From the NCBI GenBank assembly GCA_963819655.1, contig CAWFXA010000002.1, forward strand, positions 1,440,001 through 1,504,000: DNA of 64,000 nt, in the 5' to 3' direction. Within the stretch, counting starts at the first letter, position 1; each line of letters begins with the position of its first letter. The notes beneath the pieces were generated by a model that worked only from the letters and a program-made list of their open reading frames with translations, did not search any database and was not told where the DNA came from. The stretch is from an uncultured Chloroflexia bacterium (GTDB lineage Bacteria; Chloroflexota; Limnocylindria; Limnocylindrales; CSP1-4). Below are positions 1-11,749 of this stretch, piece after piece. Both the position numbers and the translations under genes were made by a program.

Positions 1-5
1 TCCGG

Positions 6-1949
6 GTGCGGATCGATTTCGACGCCACGAACCTGCGGCCGAACACGGTCAGCCGCACGTCGCTCGGCACGACCACCACCCGCTACTACTTCGACCGCAT
101 CGTCTTCGCCGTCCCGGCCGAGGCGCGGTCCCTCCAGGCGACGTCGGGCGGTGGCACTCTCACGACGAACGTCCGGGCACGCGACCGCTACCGCGAGGTA
201 ACGGTCCGCTTCGCGAACCTGTTCTACCGGGCGTCGCGCGCGATCCGCGTCGAATTCACGCTGCCCGGCGGCAAGCCGCGCTCGACCAGCGATATCCGGG
301 TCGGGTCGGCGTTCACCACGTTCACGGCATGGGCGTGGGGAGACGCCGGTCGATCGACCGTCCGGATCATCCTGCCGAGCGGTTTCGACGACGCCGGCTA
401 CGGGGAGGACATCGTCGAACGCACCCGACCCGACCACGTCGAGATGTCGACCGGCTCGATCCGCCAGCCGGACGCGTGGTATCGCGTCGTCGTCGCGGAT
501 CGGCCGACGGCCCTGACCGATCTGCGCATCGAGCCTGGTGGGCGGGGCATCGTGGTGAAGGCCTGGCCCGAGGATACCGTCTGGCGCGACCGGGTCGCCG
601 ACGTGCTCGAGGAGGGGCTGCCTGCGCTCGAGGAGCTGGTCGGGCTGCCGTGGCCCGTGTCGGGCGACCTGTCGGTGAGCGAGGTCCACGCGCCGTTGCT
701 CCACGGCTACGCCGGGTTCTACGACGCGCGCACCGACGAGATCGCGATGAGCGAGGACCTCGACGACCACACGATCCTGCACGAGGCGTCGCATGCGTGG
801 TTCAACGAGGACCTCGTCCGCGATCGCTGGATCGATGAGGGCCTGGCCGAGTACTACGCCGACCGCGTCCGTCAGACGCTCGGCCTGTCGAACGAGTCCG
901 CGCCGACGGTGATCGAGCCCACCGACGCCGGGGCATTCCCCCTGAACGACTGGCCGGATCCCGCCCGCATCGACTCGGAGGAGGCGGATCAGAAGGAACG
1001 TTTCGGGTACGGCGCCGCCTACACCGTGATCCTCCGGATCGCCGAGGACATCGGCGACGACGGGATGAGGGCTGTCCTCGCGGCTGCGAACTCCGGCGAG
1101 AACCCTTATGCCGGCGACGCGGGCGCGGAGAAGACCGGCGCCGATCCCGACTGGCGACGCTTCCTCGACCTCGTCGAGGAGGTCGGTGACACCGACACCG
1201 CCGACGACCTGTTCGGGCGGTGGGTCGTGACGTCGGCGGAACGAGCAACGCTGCGGACGCGCGAAGACGCACGCGACGCCTACGCGGCCCTCGACACGGC
1301 GGGCGCCGAGTGGGCCGTCCCGCGCGGCATCCGGGCGTCCATGAGCCTCTGGCGGTTCACCGATGCGAGCAAGCTGATCGACGAAGCCGAGCCGGTGCTC
1401 GCGCTGCGGGACGACCTGACGGCCGTGACCGCCGAGCTCCAGCTGGCGGTGCCGTCGGATCTCGAGACCCCGTTCGAGGAGGCGCTCGCAAGCGACGATC
1501 TCGGCGAGGTCAGGGCGATGCTCGAGGATCGGATCGAGACCGCGGGAGCGATCGCACAGGCGCATGATGCCCTCGCCGCCGAGCGGACGCCGCTCGTCTC
1601 GCTCGGGCTGGCGGGCGAGACCCCGGATGCCGGCTACAGCGCGGCCCGCAACGCGTTCGAGGCGGGCGACCTCGCGGCCGCGACCACGGCATCCGCGGCG
1701 ACCATGACACTCCTGACTGGAGCGGAATCCGTCGGCACGACGCGAGCGGTGGTCATCGGCGCGGTCGTGGTCGGCCTGTTGCTCCTGTTGACGGTGCTCT
1801 TCGTCGTCAGGCGTCGCCGCCGACGGGTCGCGGTCAGCGCCGTGACGGGGGCATCGTCTACACTCCCGGCCACGCCGGAGCCGGAGACCGCGCGACCCGC
1901 GGTGCCGTCGACACCGGGCGAGACCGCACGAGGAGCCGAGCCGGACTGA
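6..1949 (+). CDS. Membrane-anchored gluzincin (M1-like) metallopeptidase; 5' end may lie before the window
   Basis: HEASH (HExxH) followed by WIDEGLAEY as third zinc ligand; C-terminal hydrophobic helix followed by RRRRRR. Confidence 0.75.
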   Translation: MRIDFDATNLRPNTVSRTSLGTTTTRYYFDRIVFAVPAEARSLQATSGGGTLTTNVRARDRYREVTVRFANLFYRASRAIRVEFTLPGGKPRSTSDIRVGSAFTTFTAWAWGDAGRSTVRIILPSGFDDAGYGEDIVERTRPDHVEMSTGSIRQPDAWYRVVVADRPTALTDLRIEPGGRGIVVKAWPEDTVWRDRVADVLEEGLPALEELVGLPWPVSGDLSVSEVHAPLLHGYAGFYDARTDEIAMSEDLDDHTILHEASHAWFNEDLVRDRWIDEGLAEYYADRVRQTLGLSNESAPTVIEPTDAGAFPLNDWPDPARIDSEEADQKERFGYGAAYTVILRIAEDIGDDGMRAVLAAANSGENPYAGDAGAEKTGADPDWRRFLDLVEEVGDTDTADDLFGRWVVTSAERATLRTREDARDAYAALDTAGAEWAVPRGIRASMSLWRFTDASKLIDEAEPVLALRDDLTAVTAELQLAVPSDLETPFEEALASDDLGEVRAMLEDRIETAGAIAQAHDALAAERTPLVSLGLAGETPDAGYSAARNAFEAGDLAAATTASAATMTLLTGAESVGTTRAVVIGAVVVGLLLLLTVLFVVRRRRRRVAVSAVTGASSTLPATPEPETARPAVPSTPGETARGAEPD

Positions 1950-2987
1950 ATGGGCATCCAGCGGGCCCGACCCTCCCACGAGATCCTGTCGGGCGACTCA
2001 GCCGACGTCTACTTCGCGCGGGCGGAGAGCATCCTCGCCGCCGAGGGCCTCGACCCGGTCGTCACGATGGAAGTGTTCACGCGTCGAGAGGCCATCCTGT
2101 GCGGCATCGACGAGGCCAAGAACCTCATCGGCCACGTGCTCGCGGATTGCGATCCCGCGGAGACCACGATCGAAGCGCTGTCGGACGGCGCCCCGATCGG
2201 CCCACGCGAGGTAGTCCTGCGGATCCGGGCGAGGTATCGCCGATTCGGGCTGTACGAGACGGCCCTTCTGGGGATGCTCGCCCAGTCGACCGGGTGGGCG
2301 ACCGCCGCCCGCGAGATCGTCGACATCGCGGCGCCCGAACCGGTCATCAGCTTCGGCGCGCGGCACGTCCATCCGGACATCACCGACGTCCTCGACTACG
2401 CGGCGATCGTCGGTGGCTGTGTCGGCGCCTCGACCCCGGCTGGCGCGCGGCTGGCCGGTCTGGCCCCGACCGGCACGATGCCGCACTCGCTGGTCCTGAT
2501 CTTCGGCGACACCGTCGAAGCGGCGCTCGCCTTCGACCGCCACCTGGGCGAGGACGTTGCCCGGATCGTGCTCGTCGACACGTTCAAGGACGAGGCCGAG
2601 GAGGCACTGCGCGTCGCGCACGCCCTCGGCGACAGGCTGTACGGCATCCGACTCGATACGCCCTCTGAGCGCGGCCGGGTCACGGCCGACCTCGTTCACG
2701 AGGTCCGCGCCCGCCTCGACATGGAGGGCTACCAGCACGTCAAGATCGTCGTGTCGGGCGGGCTCAACCCGGAGCGGATCCGCTATTTCAAGGAGGCCGG
2801 CGCCCCGATCGACTCGTACGCGGTCGGCTCGTTCATCAGTGGCGCCAGTCCGATCGATTTCACCGGCGATATCAAGGAGATCGACGGGCGCCCGATCGCG
2901 AAGCGCGGCCGGATCCCGGGCATCACCGAGTCAGCGCGGCTCCAGCCGGTCGATCTCGCGCCGTATCGCCTGGTCGCGAGCGGTTAG
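1950..2987 (+). CDS. pncB: Nicotinate phosphoribosyltransferase
   Basis: ADVYF, SFGARH, PTGTMPHS, LVDTF, GIRLDT and IVVSGG motifs typical of NAPRTase. Confidence 0.9.
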   Translation: MGIQRARPSHEILSGDSADVYFARAESILAAEGLDPVVTMEVFTRREAILCGIDEAKNLIGHVLADCDPAETTIEALSDGAPIGPREVVLRIRARYRRFGLYETALLGMLAQSTGWATAAREIVDIAAPEPVISFGARHVHPDITDVLDYAAIVGGCVGASTPAGARLAGLAPTGTMPHSLVLIFGDTVEAALAFDRHLGEDVARIVLVDTFKDEAEEALRVAHALGDRLYGIRLDTPSERGRVTADLVHEVRARLDMEGYQHVKIVVSGGLNPERIRYFKEAGAPIDSYAVGSFISGASPIDFTGDIKEIDGRPIAKRGRIPGITESARLQPVDLAPYRLVASG

Positions 2988-3037
2988 AACCCGTCCCGGT
3001 CACGACCCGGTTTCGGGGGTCATGCGACCATTCGCCC

Positions 3038-3454
3038 GTGGACGATCAGATCCGCGACGACGAGCCCGAGCGGGAGTCGGCGTACGAGCTGTTCCAACGC
3101 GGCCAGTCCTTGCTGGCCTCGCGTCATCACGCGCAGGCCGCCATCGTCCTCGAGCGGGCGGATCGCCTGGAGCCCGGCAAGGCGTCGATCCTCGAGGCCC
3201 TCGGGCGGGCCTACTTCAACTCCGGCCAGCACGAGCTCGCGCGGACGACCTTCGAGCGCATCCTCGACCTCGACCCGTCCGCGCCGTACGCGCATTTCGC
3301 GCTGGGCCAGAGCCTGAAGAAGCTCGGGCGCCGAAAGAAGGCAGGGACCCATCTGCGGATGGCCGTCGCGCTCAGCCCGGACTCGTCGCTGTACCGGGAC
3401 GCGTTGGCGCGCCTCGGGGCGGACGGGAAACCCAGCCGCCGCAAGCGGCCCTAG
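3038..3454 (+). CDS. Tetratricopeptide repeat protein
   Basis: TPR-like helices (ALGRAYFNSG, AHFALGQSL). Confidence 0.8.
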   Translation: MDDQIRDDEPERESAYELFQRGQSLLASRHHAQAAIVLERADRLEPGKASILEALGRAYFNSGQHELARTTFERILDLDPSAPYAHFALGQSLKKLGRRKKAGTHLRMAVALSPDSSLYRDALARLGADGKPSRRKRP

Positions 3455-3470
3455 CCGATCGCAAACGGCC

Positions 3471-4099
3471 CTAACCTCCGGGGCGGACCTCGTCGATCAC
3501 GCGCGCCAGCCAGAACAGCCCGACGATCGACTTCGCGTCGCGGATCTCGCCCTGTTCGGCGGCCTTCACGGCATCCCGCCACGGACGCCACTCGAGGATG
3601 AGTCGCTCGTCCTCGTCCGGCCCGAGACGGCCGTCCGCCGACGCTGCCGCGAGGTCGGTGGCGATGTACAGGTGCATCAGCTCGTCCGTGAAGCCCGGCG
3701 CCGAGTAGAACGCCCCGAGCGTGCGCCACGTCCCGGCGCGCAGCCCGGTCTCCTCCTCGAGCTCGCGGCGGGCCGCATGCTCGGGTTCCTCCTTGGAGCC
3801 GTCCGCCGCGAGGTCGAGCCCGCCGGCCGGGATCTCGAGCAGCGCATCGTCGGCGGCCAGCCGCCACTGGCGGACGAGCGCTACGCGACCCTCGGCGTCC
3901 AGCGCGACGATCGCCACCGCGCCCGGGTGGCCGGCGAAGTCGCGCGTGGCACGCGATCCGTCGTTCCGCTCGACCGTGTCGACGCGGAATTCCAGGAACT
4001 TGCCTCGATGGAGCACGCGCCGATCGACGACGCGCTCGCGAAGATCGGCCCCGGAGAGAACCTCCGGGGCCGTGGGCTGCGGTGTGCGTGGATCGTCGG

Positions 4100-4103
<4 letters not shown>
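3471..4103 (-). CDS. NUDIX hydrolase (ADP-ribose pyrophosphatase-like); probable CTG start at 4103 (first conventional start is 4016)
   Basis: Nudix box (PAG...AARRELEEETG), SAPGFTDE, IRDAKS; the frame stays open upstream of 4016 with the conserved LRERVVDRRV segment. Confidence 0.85.
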
Positions 4104-5203
<1,100 letters not shown>

Positions 5204-5353
5204 GGGCGCACTCCTCCGACCTGGTCGCCATCGCGGGTCCATGCATCCCAGTCGCAGAAGCGATGTCGCGCCCGAAGGCGTGACGCGGACGGACCCCGTA
5301 CGTGGCGGCGCAGGGTCTCGCATCGTACACCGGCGTACCATCACCCTACTTCG

Positions 5354-6166
5354 ATGCAGCTCGGGATCGATATCACCCGCCGCACGTTCCTGGTCCACGC
5401 CGGACGCGGGACGATCGCGCTGGCAGTGCTTGGCGTGGCCGGTTGTGGGCCGTCTGCGACCAGCTCCGCGGCGACGCCCGCGGACGAGGGCGAGCCGTCG
5501 AGCGCTGCCAGCCCCGAGGGGACCGGCGTCCGCGCCACGAACCAGCCCGGGAGCTCCGCACCGTCTGCGGCGACCGGCGGCGTGACATGGCACCGCGCCA
5601 ACCTTGGGTTCGTGTCGGCCTACATCCTGGCCCGCGGCGGGGAGGCCGCGATCGTCGACACGGGCGTCACCGGAAGCGAGGGCGCCATCGCCGACTCGCT
5701 GACGGCCGCCGGCCTTGGCTGGGAGGCGGTGGGGCACGTGATCCTGACGCATCGCCACGGCGATCATGCCGGCAGCATCGAGGCGATCATGGGCGCGGCA
5801 CCCGCCGCCGCCGTATACGCCGGCGCCGAGGACATCCCCGCCATCGCTGCGTCACGACCCGTGACGGCCGTCGGTGACGGCGAGAACGTGTTCGGTCTGC
5901 GGATCGTCACGACGCCGGGTCACACGGCCGGGCACATCGCCGTTCTCGACGAGATCGGGCGGATCCTGGTCGCTGGCGATGCTCTCGGCACGACTAGCGG
6001 ATCGCTGGCAGGGTCGAACCCGAGCTTCACGGAAGACGCTGCGGCGGCCAAGGCGTCGATCAGCAAGATGGGCGCCCTCGACTTCGACATCCTGCTGGTC
6101 GGCCACGGCGAACCCATCCTCGAGGGTGCTGCGGCCGAGGTCGCCGCGCTCGCCGCGGCTGGCTGA
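5354..6166 (+). CDS. Tat-exported lipoprotein, metallo-beta-lactamase fold hydrolase
   Basis: TRRTFL twin-arginine motif, VAGC lipobox, THRHGDHAG, TPGHT, AGD, VGHG. Confidence 0.85.
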   Translation: MQLGIDITRRTFLVHAGRGTIALAVLGVAGCGPSATSSAATPADEGEPSSAASPEGTGVRATNQPGSSAPSAATGGVTWHRANLGFVSAYILARGGEAAIVDTGVTGSEGAIADSLTAAGLGWEAVGHVILTHRHGDHAGSIEAIMGAAPAAAVYAGAEDIPAIAASRPVTAVGDGENVFGLRIVTTPGHTAGHIAVLDEIGRILVAGDALGTTSGSLAGSNPSFTEDAAAAKASISKMGALDFDILLVGHGEPILEGAAAEVAALAAAG

Positions 6167-6176
6167 GGCGACCCGG

Positions 6177-7109
6177 ATGCAGACGAGCCCGGCAGTCCAC
6201 GTCGCGCGCGATCGCTTCCACTTGGCGTGGGATCCCGCGATCCCGGCGATCGAGACTGTCGACAGTGGCGCGGTCATCGAATTCGACATGCTCGATGCGT
6301 CGGGCGGCCAGCTTAGGGCGAGTTCGACGGTCGAGGACCTGGGTCGCCTCGACTTCGACCGCGTCGACCAGGTCAATGGCCCGATCGCGGTGCGCGGTGC
6401 CGCACCCGGCGACACGCTGCAGATCGATCTCCTCGAGTTCGAGCCGGCCGACTGGGGCTGGACCGCGAGCATCCCGGGCTTCGGGCTGCTGGCCGACGAG
6501 TTCCCCGACCCGTACCTGCGGATCACGACGCTGCCGCGAGCCGGCGAGCGTGCCGAGTTCCTGGCCGGTGTCCACGTGCCGATCGTGCCGTTCTGTGGCG
6601 AGGTCGGCGTTGCGCCCGAGACCGGACCGCGCTCCACGATCCCGCCCGACCTCCATGGCGGCAACATGGACACGCGTCACCTGACGGCGGGATCGACGCT
6701 GTTCCTGCCGGTCTTCCACGACGGGGCGCGCCTGTCGATGGGCGATGGGCACGCGGCACAAGGCGACGGCGAGGTGTGCGGCACGGCGATCGAGACGCCG
6801 ATGCGCGCCGTCGTCCGGGTGACGATCCGCAAGGACCTTCACCTGACCGGCCCCGAATTCCTCACAGCAGATGTCGTGGCGACGCCGGCCGGCCGGCGCT
6901 ACGCGACCGACGGCATCGGCCCCGACCTCAACGGCGCGGCCCGCGACGCCGTGCGGCGCATGATCGACTGGCTCGGCCGGGAGCACGACATCGACCCGAT
7001 CGATGCGTATCTGCTGACGAGCGTCGCGGTCGACCTGCGGATCAGCGAGATCGTCGACATGCCGAACGTCGTCGTCACGGCGCACTGCCCGCTGTCGATC
7101 TTCGATTGA
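6177..7109 (+). CDS. Acetamidase/formamidase family protein
   Basis: GPIAVRGAAPGD, HGGNMD, GDGHAAQGDGEVCGTAIE motifs. Confidence 0.92.
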   Translation: MQTSPAVHVARDRFHLAWDPAIPAIETVDSGAVIEFDMLDASGGQLRASSTVEDLGRLDFDRVDQVNGPIAVRGAAPGDTLQIDLLEFEPADWGWTASIPGFGLLADEFPDPYLRITTLPRAGERAEFLAGVHVPIVPFCGEVGVAPETGPRSTIPPDLHGGNMDTRHLTAGSTLFLPVFHDGARLSMGDGHAAQGDGEVCGTAIETPMRAVVRVTIRKDLHLTGPEFLTADVVATPAGRRYATDGIGPDLNGAARDAVRRMIDWLGREHDIDPIDAYLLTSVAVDLRISEIVDMPNVVVTAHCPLSIFD

Positions 7110-7112
7110 GGT

Positions 7113-7134
7113 GGCGGCCGCCGAAGCGGCCGCC
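7113..7134. terminator. GC hairpin between convergent genes
   Basis: ggcggccgc-cgaa-gcggccgcc. Confidence 0.5.
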
Positions 7135-7171
7135 GAGTCTTCCCGTGGTTGGGGCGTTTCGTTATCCGGCG

Positions 7172-8659
7172 CTACGCTTGGCCCGGCGCCTCATCGACCA
7201 TCGCCTCCTTGACCCTCCCGAGCGCCTCCCGTCGCTGGAAGTACAGGTACAGGCCGATGGCCAGGCCGGCGATCATCCAGATCGCGACAAGCGGTGGCAC
7301 CAACGAGTACGGCTCGGCGAGTGCCGCAAGCTCCAGGTCGATGAGCGGGATCGTGACCCCGCCCAGGACGCCGAAGAACGCCGGGATCATCGCGATGACC
7401 CCGAGGATAGGCACGACCACGTGCTTGATCGCGTTGAACTCGGCTCGACCCTCCCCAAGGTAGTAGCCGATGGCGGCCAGGTTGACGGCGATGTACATCC
7501 CGGCGAACAGCAGACCGAGCGCGTATCCGAGCCAGAAGTACGTGTTGAGGGGGCCAGGCGTGTCCGGATACGCCGAGCCGAGCCACAGGCTGAGGCCGAC
7601 CGCGACGACGATGCCCAGGATGGCCTGGAAATGCACCGCATTGACCGGCGTCCGATAGGTCGGGTGAACGGCCGCGAACGCCGCGGGGATAAGACGCGAC
7701 CGACCTAGCGAGAAGATCGCTCGAGTCGATGCGTTGGCGCCGGAGTTGGCGTTGGCGAGACAGCTGTTGAGGATCGCGAAGATGACGAGCAGGCTGCCGA
7801 TCCCGGGGAGGACCTGTTCGGCCATGCCGCCCCACGGGTTGCCATCATTGGCGCCGATGAACTCGGTCATGTTGCCTGGGCCGAAAAACACCGTCGCGGC
7901 GTAGTAGCAGAACACGTAGAACAGCCCGATGAGGATGGCCGACCAGAGCACGGCCTGACGGATCGTCCGCTTCGGGTCACGCGTCTCCTCGGCCAGCGGC
8001 ACGGCGGCCTCGAACCCGACGAACGCGAGGAGACAGAAGACCATCCCCTGGAGCGCCGGCCGAAGGCCCTCGTCGCCAGGGATGAAGACCGACAGCGTGT
8101 TGTTGGCTCCGGCATTGATGATGAGAAGGACGGAGACCAGCAGGAAGATGCCGATTTCGATGAGCCCGAGCACGACACCGGTCCGTGTCGAGATAGAGAT
8201 GCCGCGGTACGTCAGGAACCAGACGATCGCGGCGCACAGGAGCGCCAAGGGCAGCCAGAGCAGATCGTTCGAGATGCCGAAGAGCTGATCCAGCAAAGCC
8301 GCGCCGTAGAACCCGAATGCCGCGAACAGCACGGGCGGCACGATCGTCTCCGCCAGGAGGAATGCCCATGCCATGAGCCAGCCCGCGAACGACCCGAGGC
8401 CACGCCCCACGTACGTGAACATGCCACCGGCCGATGGCAGGTGTCGCGCGAGCTCGGCCATGGAATAGGCCGTGAGCAATACCGCGATGAGCGCGATCAC
8501 CACCGCGAGCGGGGTCAGCCCGCCAGCCAGGCTCGTCGCGAAGCCGATAGATAGTGCGACGGCGACCGCCGGCGCCATGTGCGTGATGGACTGGAACAGG
8601 ACCTCGGTCAGCCCGATCGCGTTGCGCTCAAGGCCAGGACCGGACGTGGTCGACGCCAT
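7172..8659 (-). CDS. APC family amino acid/amine permease
   Basis: About 12 hydrophobic segments; PSAGG, AFVGFE, AEETRDP motifs. Confidence 0.9.
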   Translation of the reverse strand: MASTTSGPGLERNAIGLTEVLFQSITHMAPAVAVALSIGFATSLAGGLTPLAVVIALIAVLLTAYSMAELARHLPSAGGMFTYVGRGLGSFAGWLMAWAFLLAETIVPPVLFAAFGFYGAALLDQLFGISNDLLWLPLALLCAAIVWFLTYRGISISTRTGVVLGLIEIGIFLLVSVLLIINAGANNTLSVFIPGDEGLRPALQGMVFCLLAFVGFEAAVPLAEETRDPKRTIRQAVLWSAILIGLFYVFCYYAATVFFGPGNMTEFIGANDGNPWGGMAEQVLPGIGSLLVIFAILNSCLANANSGANASTRAIFSLGRSRLIPAAFAAVHPTYRTPVNAVHFQAILGIVVAVGLSLWLGSAYPDTPGPLNTYFWLGYALGLLFAGMYIAVNLAAIGYYLGEGRAEFNAIKHVVVPILGVIAMIPAFFGVLGGVTIPLIDLELAALAEPYSLVPPLVAIWMIAGLAIGLYLYFQRREALGRVKEAMVDEAPGQA

Positions 8660-8727
8660 AGAGACCTCCTCTCCCTCGGCCCCCCTGGTGAACCCCCTCC
8701 GGGCGCCCGCTACTATGCCGCCACGCT

Positions 8728-10137
8728 ATGCAGACGGCAATGGCAATTGCACAATCGCGCGACCTGCACGAGATGGCCGCTGCGACCACGGCCCGGCTGA
8801 CGGAACTCGGCGCCGACGCGCTGTGGGTCGTGTACCACGACTACGCCGGCCTCGGCCGCGCGAAGGCAGTCCCGCGCGGCCGTTTCGACGAGGTCGCCCG
8901 GGAGGGCGTCACGTTCGCGATGGCGAACTGGGACCTCGCGATCACCGACGAACAGGTGCCGCATCCCGTCTTCGGCGCCGACTCGGGCGACTTCCGGGCC
9001 GTTCCGGATCCCGACACGCTCGTTGCCGTGCCGCATCGGCCGGGCGTGGCGCAGGCCTTCCCGTGGCTGACTGACGACACCGGCCGGCGATGGGAGGGCG
9101 ATCCGCGGGCGGCGCTGGCGACACAGGTCGAGCGCCTGACGCGGATCGGTATCGCCGTGCGCGTTGCGTTCGAGGCCGAGTTCGTGATCGTGCCCGGGTC
9201 CGACGCGGCGGCCCTGCGCGACGACACGAGCCGCATGTTCACCGTCGAAGGGCTCGATGCCCGGTGGCCGCTGGCGGCGCGGATCCTCGACAACCTCGAT
9301 GCGACCGGCGTCGCGGTCCATCAGTTCGCGAAGGAGTACGGCCCGGGCCAGTTCGAGGCCAGCCTCTTGCCGGCCGCGCCGCTCGTCGCGGTCGACCGCT
9401 TCCTCCTCGCACGGCAGCTCATCCGGGCGGCCGCCCGTGATCTGGGTGCCACGGCCTCGTTCATGCCGAAACCGTTCGACGACCTGCCCGGGAACGGGCT
9501 GCATGTGCATCTCGGCCTGTCGCGCGCCGACGATCCGGCCGTCGACCTCATCGCTGACCCTGACGACCCGGACCGGGTCGCCCCGACCGCCGGTCCGCCG
9601 ATCGCCGGCCTGCTCGCCCACGCAGCCGGTCAGACGGCGCTGGCGTCACCGACCCCGAACTCCTCCAAGCGCCTGCTGCCCGGATCGTGGGCGCCGGCTC
9701 ACGTGTGCTGGGCGATCGGCAACAGGTCGGCGCTCGTCCGCGTGCCGGGGCGAGGCGCGGGGCGGCACCTCGAGGTCCGCAGCGGTGACGCGTCGATGAA
9801 CCCGTACATCCACCTGACCGGCCTGCTCGCATCGATCGCCGACGGTGTCGAGCGAGACTTGCCCTTGCCCGCCGAGGCGCGGGTCGATGTCGGGCACCTC
9901 GCCGACGACGAGGCGGCCGCCGCCGGATTCCCGCGGCTTCCCGCCGACCTCGTCGCCGCAGTCGATGCCTTCGAGGCCGACGAGGTGTTGCGCGACGCGG
10001 TCGGGCCTGTGATCGCGCTGCACTATGTCGATGTGAAACGGTTCGAATGGGATCTCTATCGCGAGCGATCGGGCCTGGCCGCGGGCTCGACCGAGGTGTC
10101 CGACTGGGAGCGTCGGACGTACTTCGAATGTCTGTAG
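8728..10137 (+). CDS. Glutamine synthetase-like ligase (gamma-glutamyl-amine synthetase type)
   Basis: EAEF, EYGPGQFE, FMPKP, GNGLHVH, NRSALVRVP, LEVR..DASMNPY. Confidence 0.88.
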   Translation: MQTAMAIAQSRDLHEMAAATTARLTELGADALWVVYHDYAGLGRAKAVPRGRFDEVAREGVTFAMANWDLAITDEQVPHPVFGADSGDFRAVPDPDTLVAVPHRPGVAQAFPWLTDDTGRRWEGDPRAALATQVERLTRIGIAVRVAFEAEFVIVPGSDAAALRDDTSRMFTVEGLDARWPLAARILDNLDATGVAVHQFAKEYGPGQFEASLLPAAPLVAVDRFLLARQLIRAAARDLGATASFMPKPFDDLPGNGLHVHLGLSRADDPAVDLIADPDDPDRVAPTAGPPIAGLLAHAAGQTALASPTPNSSKRLLPGSWAPAHVCWAIGNRSALVRVPGRGAGRHLEVRSGDASMNPYIHLTGLLASIADGVERDLPLPAEARVDVGHLADDEAAAAGFPRLPADLVAAVDAFEADEVLRDAVGPVIALHYVDVKRFEWDLYRERSGLAAGSTEVSDWERRTYFECL

Positions 10138-11132
10138 CGCCTCCGTTCGCCGTCGACTCTCGGCGTGAGGTCCCGGGCGGGCAGCCCGCCCATCGGGTCA
10201 TCGAGGCGATCTTCCCCAACACCGACATCGCGTACGTCGAGGAGTGGTCGTCGATCGCCGACGTCTTCGATCGACTCGAGGATCAGCGGCCGGCCACGTG
10301 CGGAGCGTACGCGACTCGCTATCTGCTGGGCCCGCTGGGATATCCGCAGAGCGACGGAATCGACACCACGCGCGAGGACTACCTCGCCTATCTCGCGGGG
10401 ACCGTGATCGAGCGGGAGGAGCTCGACGACGTCCGCCGCACGACGACGGCCGCCACCGAGGCCGGACTGTCCGACGCCGAGGCGATCGAGCAGTTCCCGC
10501 GGACGTGGTACGGCTGGCCACTCCGTTCGTCCGACGACGACGCGATCACCGGCACGAGCCCGACCGGCGTCGCGCGCGCGATCGCCGTCGGCTCGGGCGG
10601 TGCGCTCGTCACCGTGCCGGTGCCGTCTCGTGACCGCGATGGCGCCGTGCTGCTGGACCACGAACGCTTCGATGCGCTCCTCGACATGATCGAGTCGCAC
10701 ATCGGCTCCTGGCGGATCCATCCGATCGCGAACCTCGAGGTCGACCAGCTCCTGGACGCGACGAGCGACGCCTATTCGCCCGACGTCATCGCGGGCCCGG
10801 ATCCGGAGGCGACGATCCCGCGTGAACGCTGGGGCGTCGGCCATTTCGTCGGGATCGGTGCCTTCTGGCGGGGAGGGGACGGCCGCCGCTGGACCCTGCT
10901 GCTCGATACGTTCAAGGCACGTGGGTTCGCCGGCTATGTCCCGATGCCGGCCGAGCCGCTCAGGCGCGCCCTGGTGCGCGAGGATGGCCGTACGGGAGGC
11001 CTGCTGCTGGTCCTGCCGCGAGGGTCGCTTGACGATGCTGCAGCGGCGGTCGCTGCCCTCGGCCTGGAGATCAGGATGTGGGGCAACGGCAGCCTCGAGC
11101 CTGAGGGCTGGACCTGGGAGCTCGGCCGCTAA
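10128..11132 (+). CDS. Hypothetical papain-fold (C39/phytochelatin-synthase-like) cysteine enzyme
   Basis: Putative Cys-His-Asp triad in DQRPATCG, GVGHFVGIG and LLLDT; overlaps the stop of the GS-like gene. Confidence 0.55.
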   Translation: MSVAPPFAVDSRREVPGGQPAHRVIEAIFPNTDIAYVEEWSSIADVFDRLEDQRPATCGAYATRYLLGPLGYPQSDGIDTTREDYLAYLAGTVIEREELDDVRRTTTAATEAGLSDAEAIEQFPRTWYGWPLRSSDDDAITGTSPTGVARAIAVGSGGALVTVPVPSRDRDGAVLLDHERFDALLDMIESHIGSWRIHPIANLEVDQLLDATSDAYSPDVIAGPDPEATIPRERWGVGHFVGIGAFWRGGDGRRWTLLLDTFKARGFAGYVPMPAEPLRRALVREDGRTGGLLLVLPRGSLDDAAAAVAALGLEIRMWGNGSLEPEGWTWELGR

Positions 11133-11199
11133 CGACCGGAGTCGGGCGTTTTGGGCGCGTCGAACCTCGTCGGGCAGCGACTTCGTGTCCAGCCGGGAT

Positions 11200-11655
11200 C
11201 TATGTGCCTGCCAGTATCGGACAGAGCGGCTCCAGGTGGCCACGAAGCTCGCCGGTAACCAGATTCACACGCCCGGAAAAGTCATTCAGGCCAGGTTCGA
11301 ACCCGACCGGTCCTCCGACGCGACCCGAGGCGTATGACTCACCTGTCGCGAGGAACGTGTGGAACGGCCCGGAGATCTTGATCGTGACCGTCACGCCGTT
11401 CGCGGGATTCGTCATCGTGGCGACGAGTCTCCCCGTGATGATCTGCTTGACCGGCTCCCCAGCGCTGTCGAAGAAGGTCGTGATGAACTCTTGCTGCACC
11501 GGGAACGTCACGAGGACGAGGAAGCCGCAGCTCGTGTCCTCGATGAGATCGGGTAAGACGAACGGCTCGCGCACCGGCTCCTTCGCTAGGGCGGGGGTCG
11601 CCATCGTCAGAACCGTCACGAGGCACAACGTCGCAGAGAGCCAGAGGCGTCGCAT
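11200..11655 (-). CDS. Secreted hypothetical protein
   Basis: Signal peptide MRRLWLSATLCLV...PALA; AAGGAGG RBS upstream. Confidence 0.7.
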   Translation of the reverse strand: MRRLWLSATLCLVTVLTMATPALAKEPVREPFVLPDLIEDTSCGFLVLVTFPVQQEFITTFFDSAGEPVKQIITGRLVATMTNPANGVTVTIKISGPFHTFLATGESYASGRVGGPVGFEPGLNDFSGRVNLVTGELRGHLEPLCPILAGT

Positions 11656-11749
11656 CGCAAGTCCTCCTTGGTCGGGTCGACCTGTGCGCCCCACAACGGC
11701 CGAGGCAACCCGGACATCGACCGCTGCAGCGAGCCCCCGATGCGATGCC

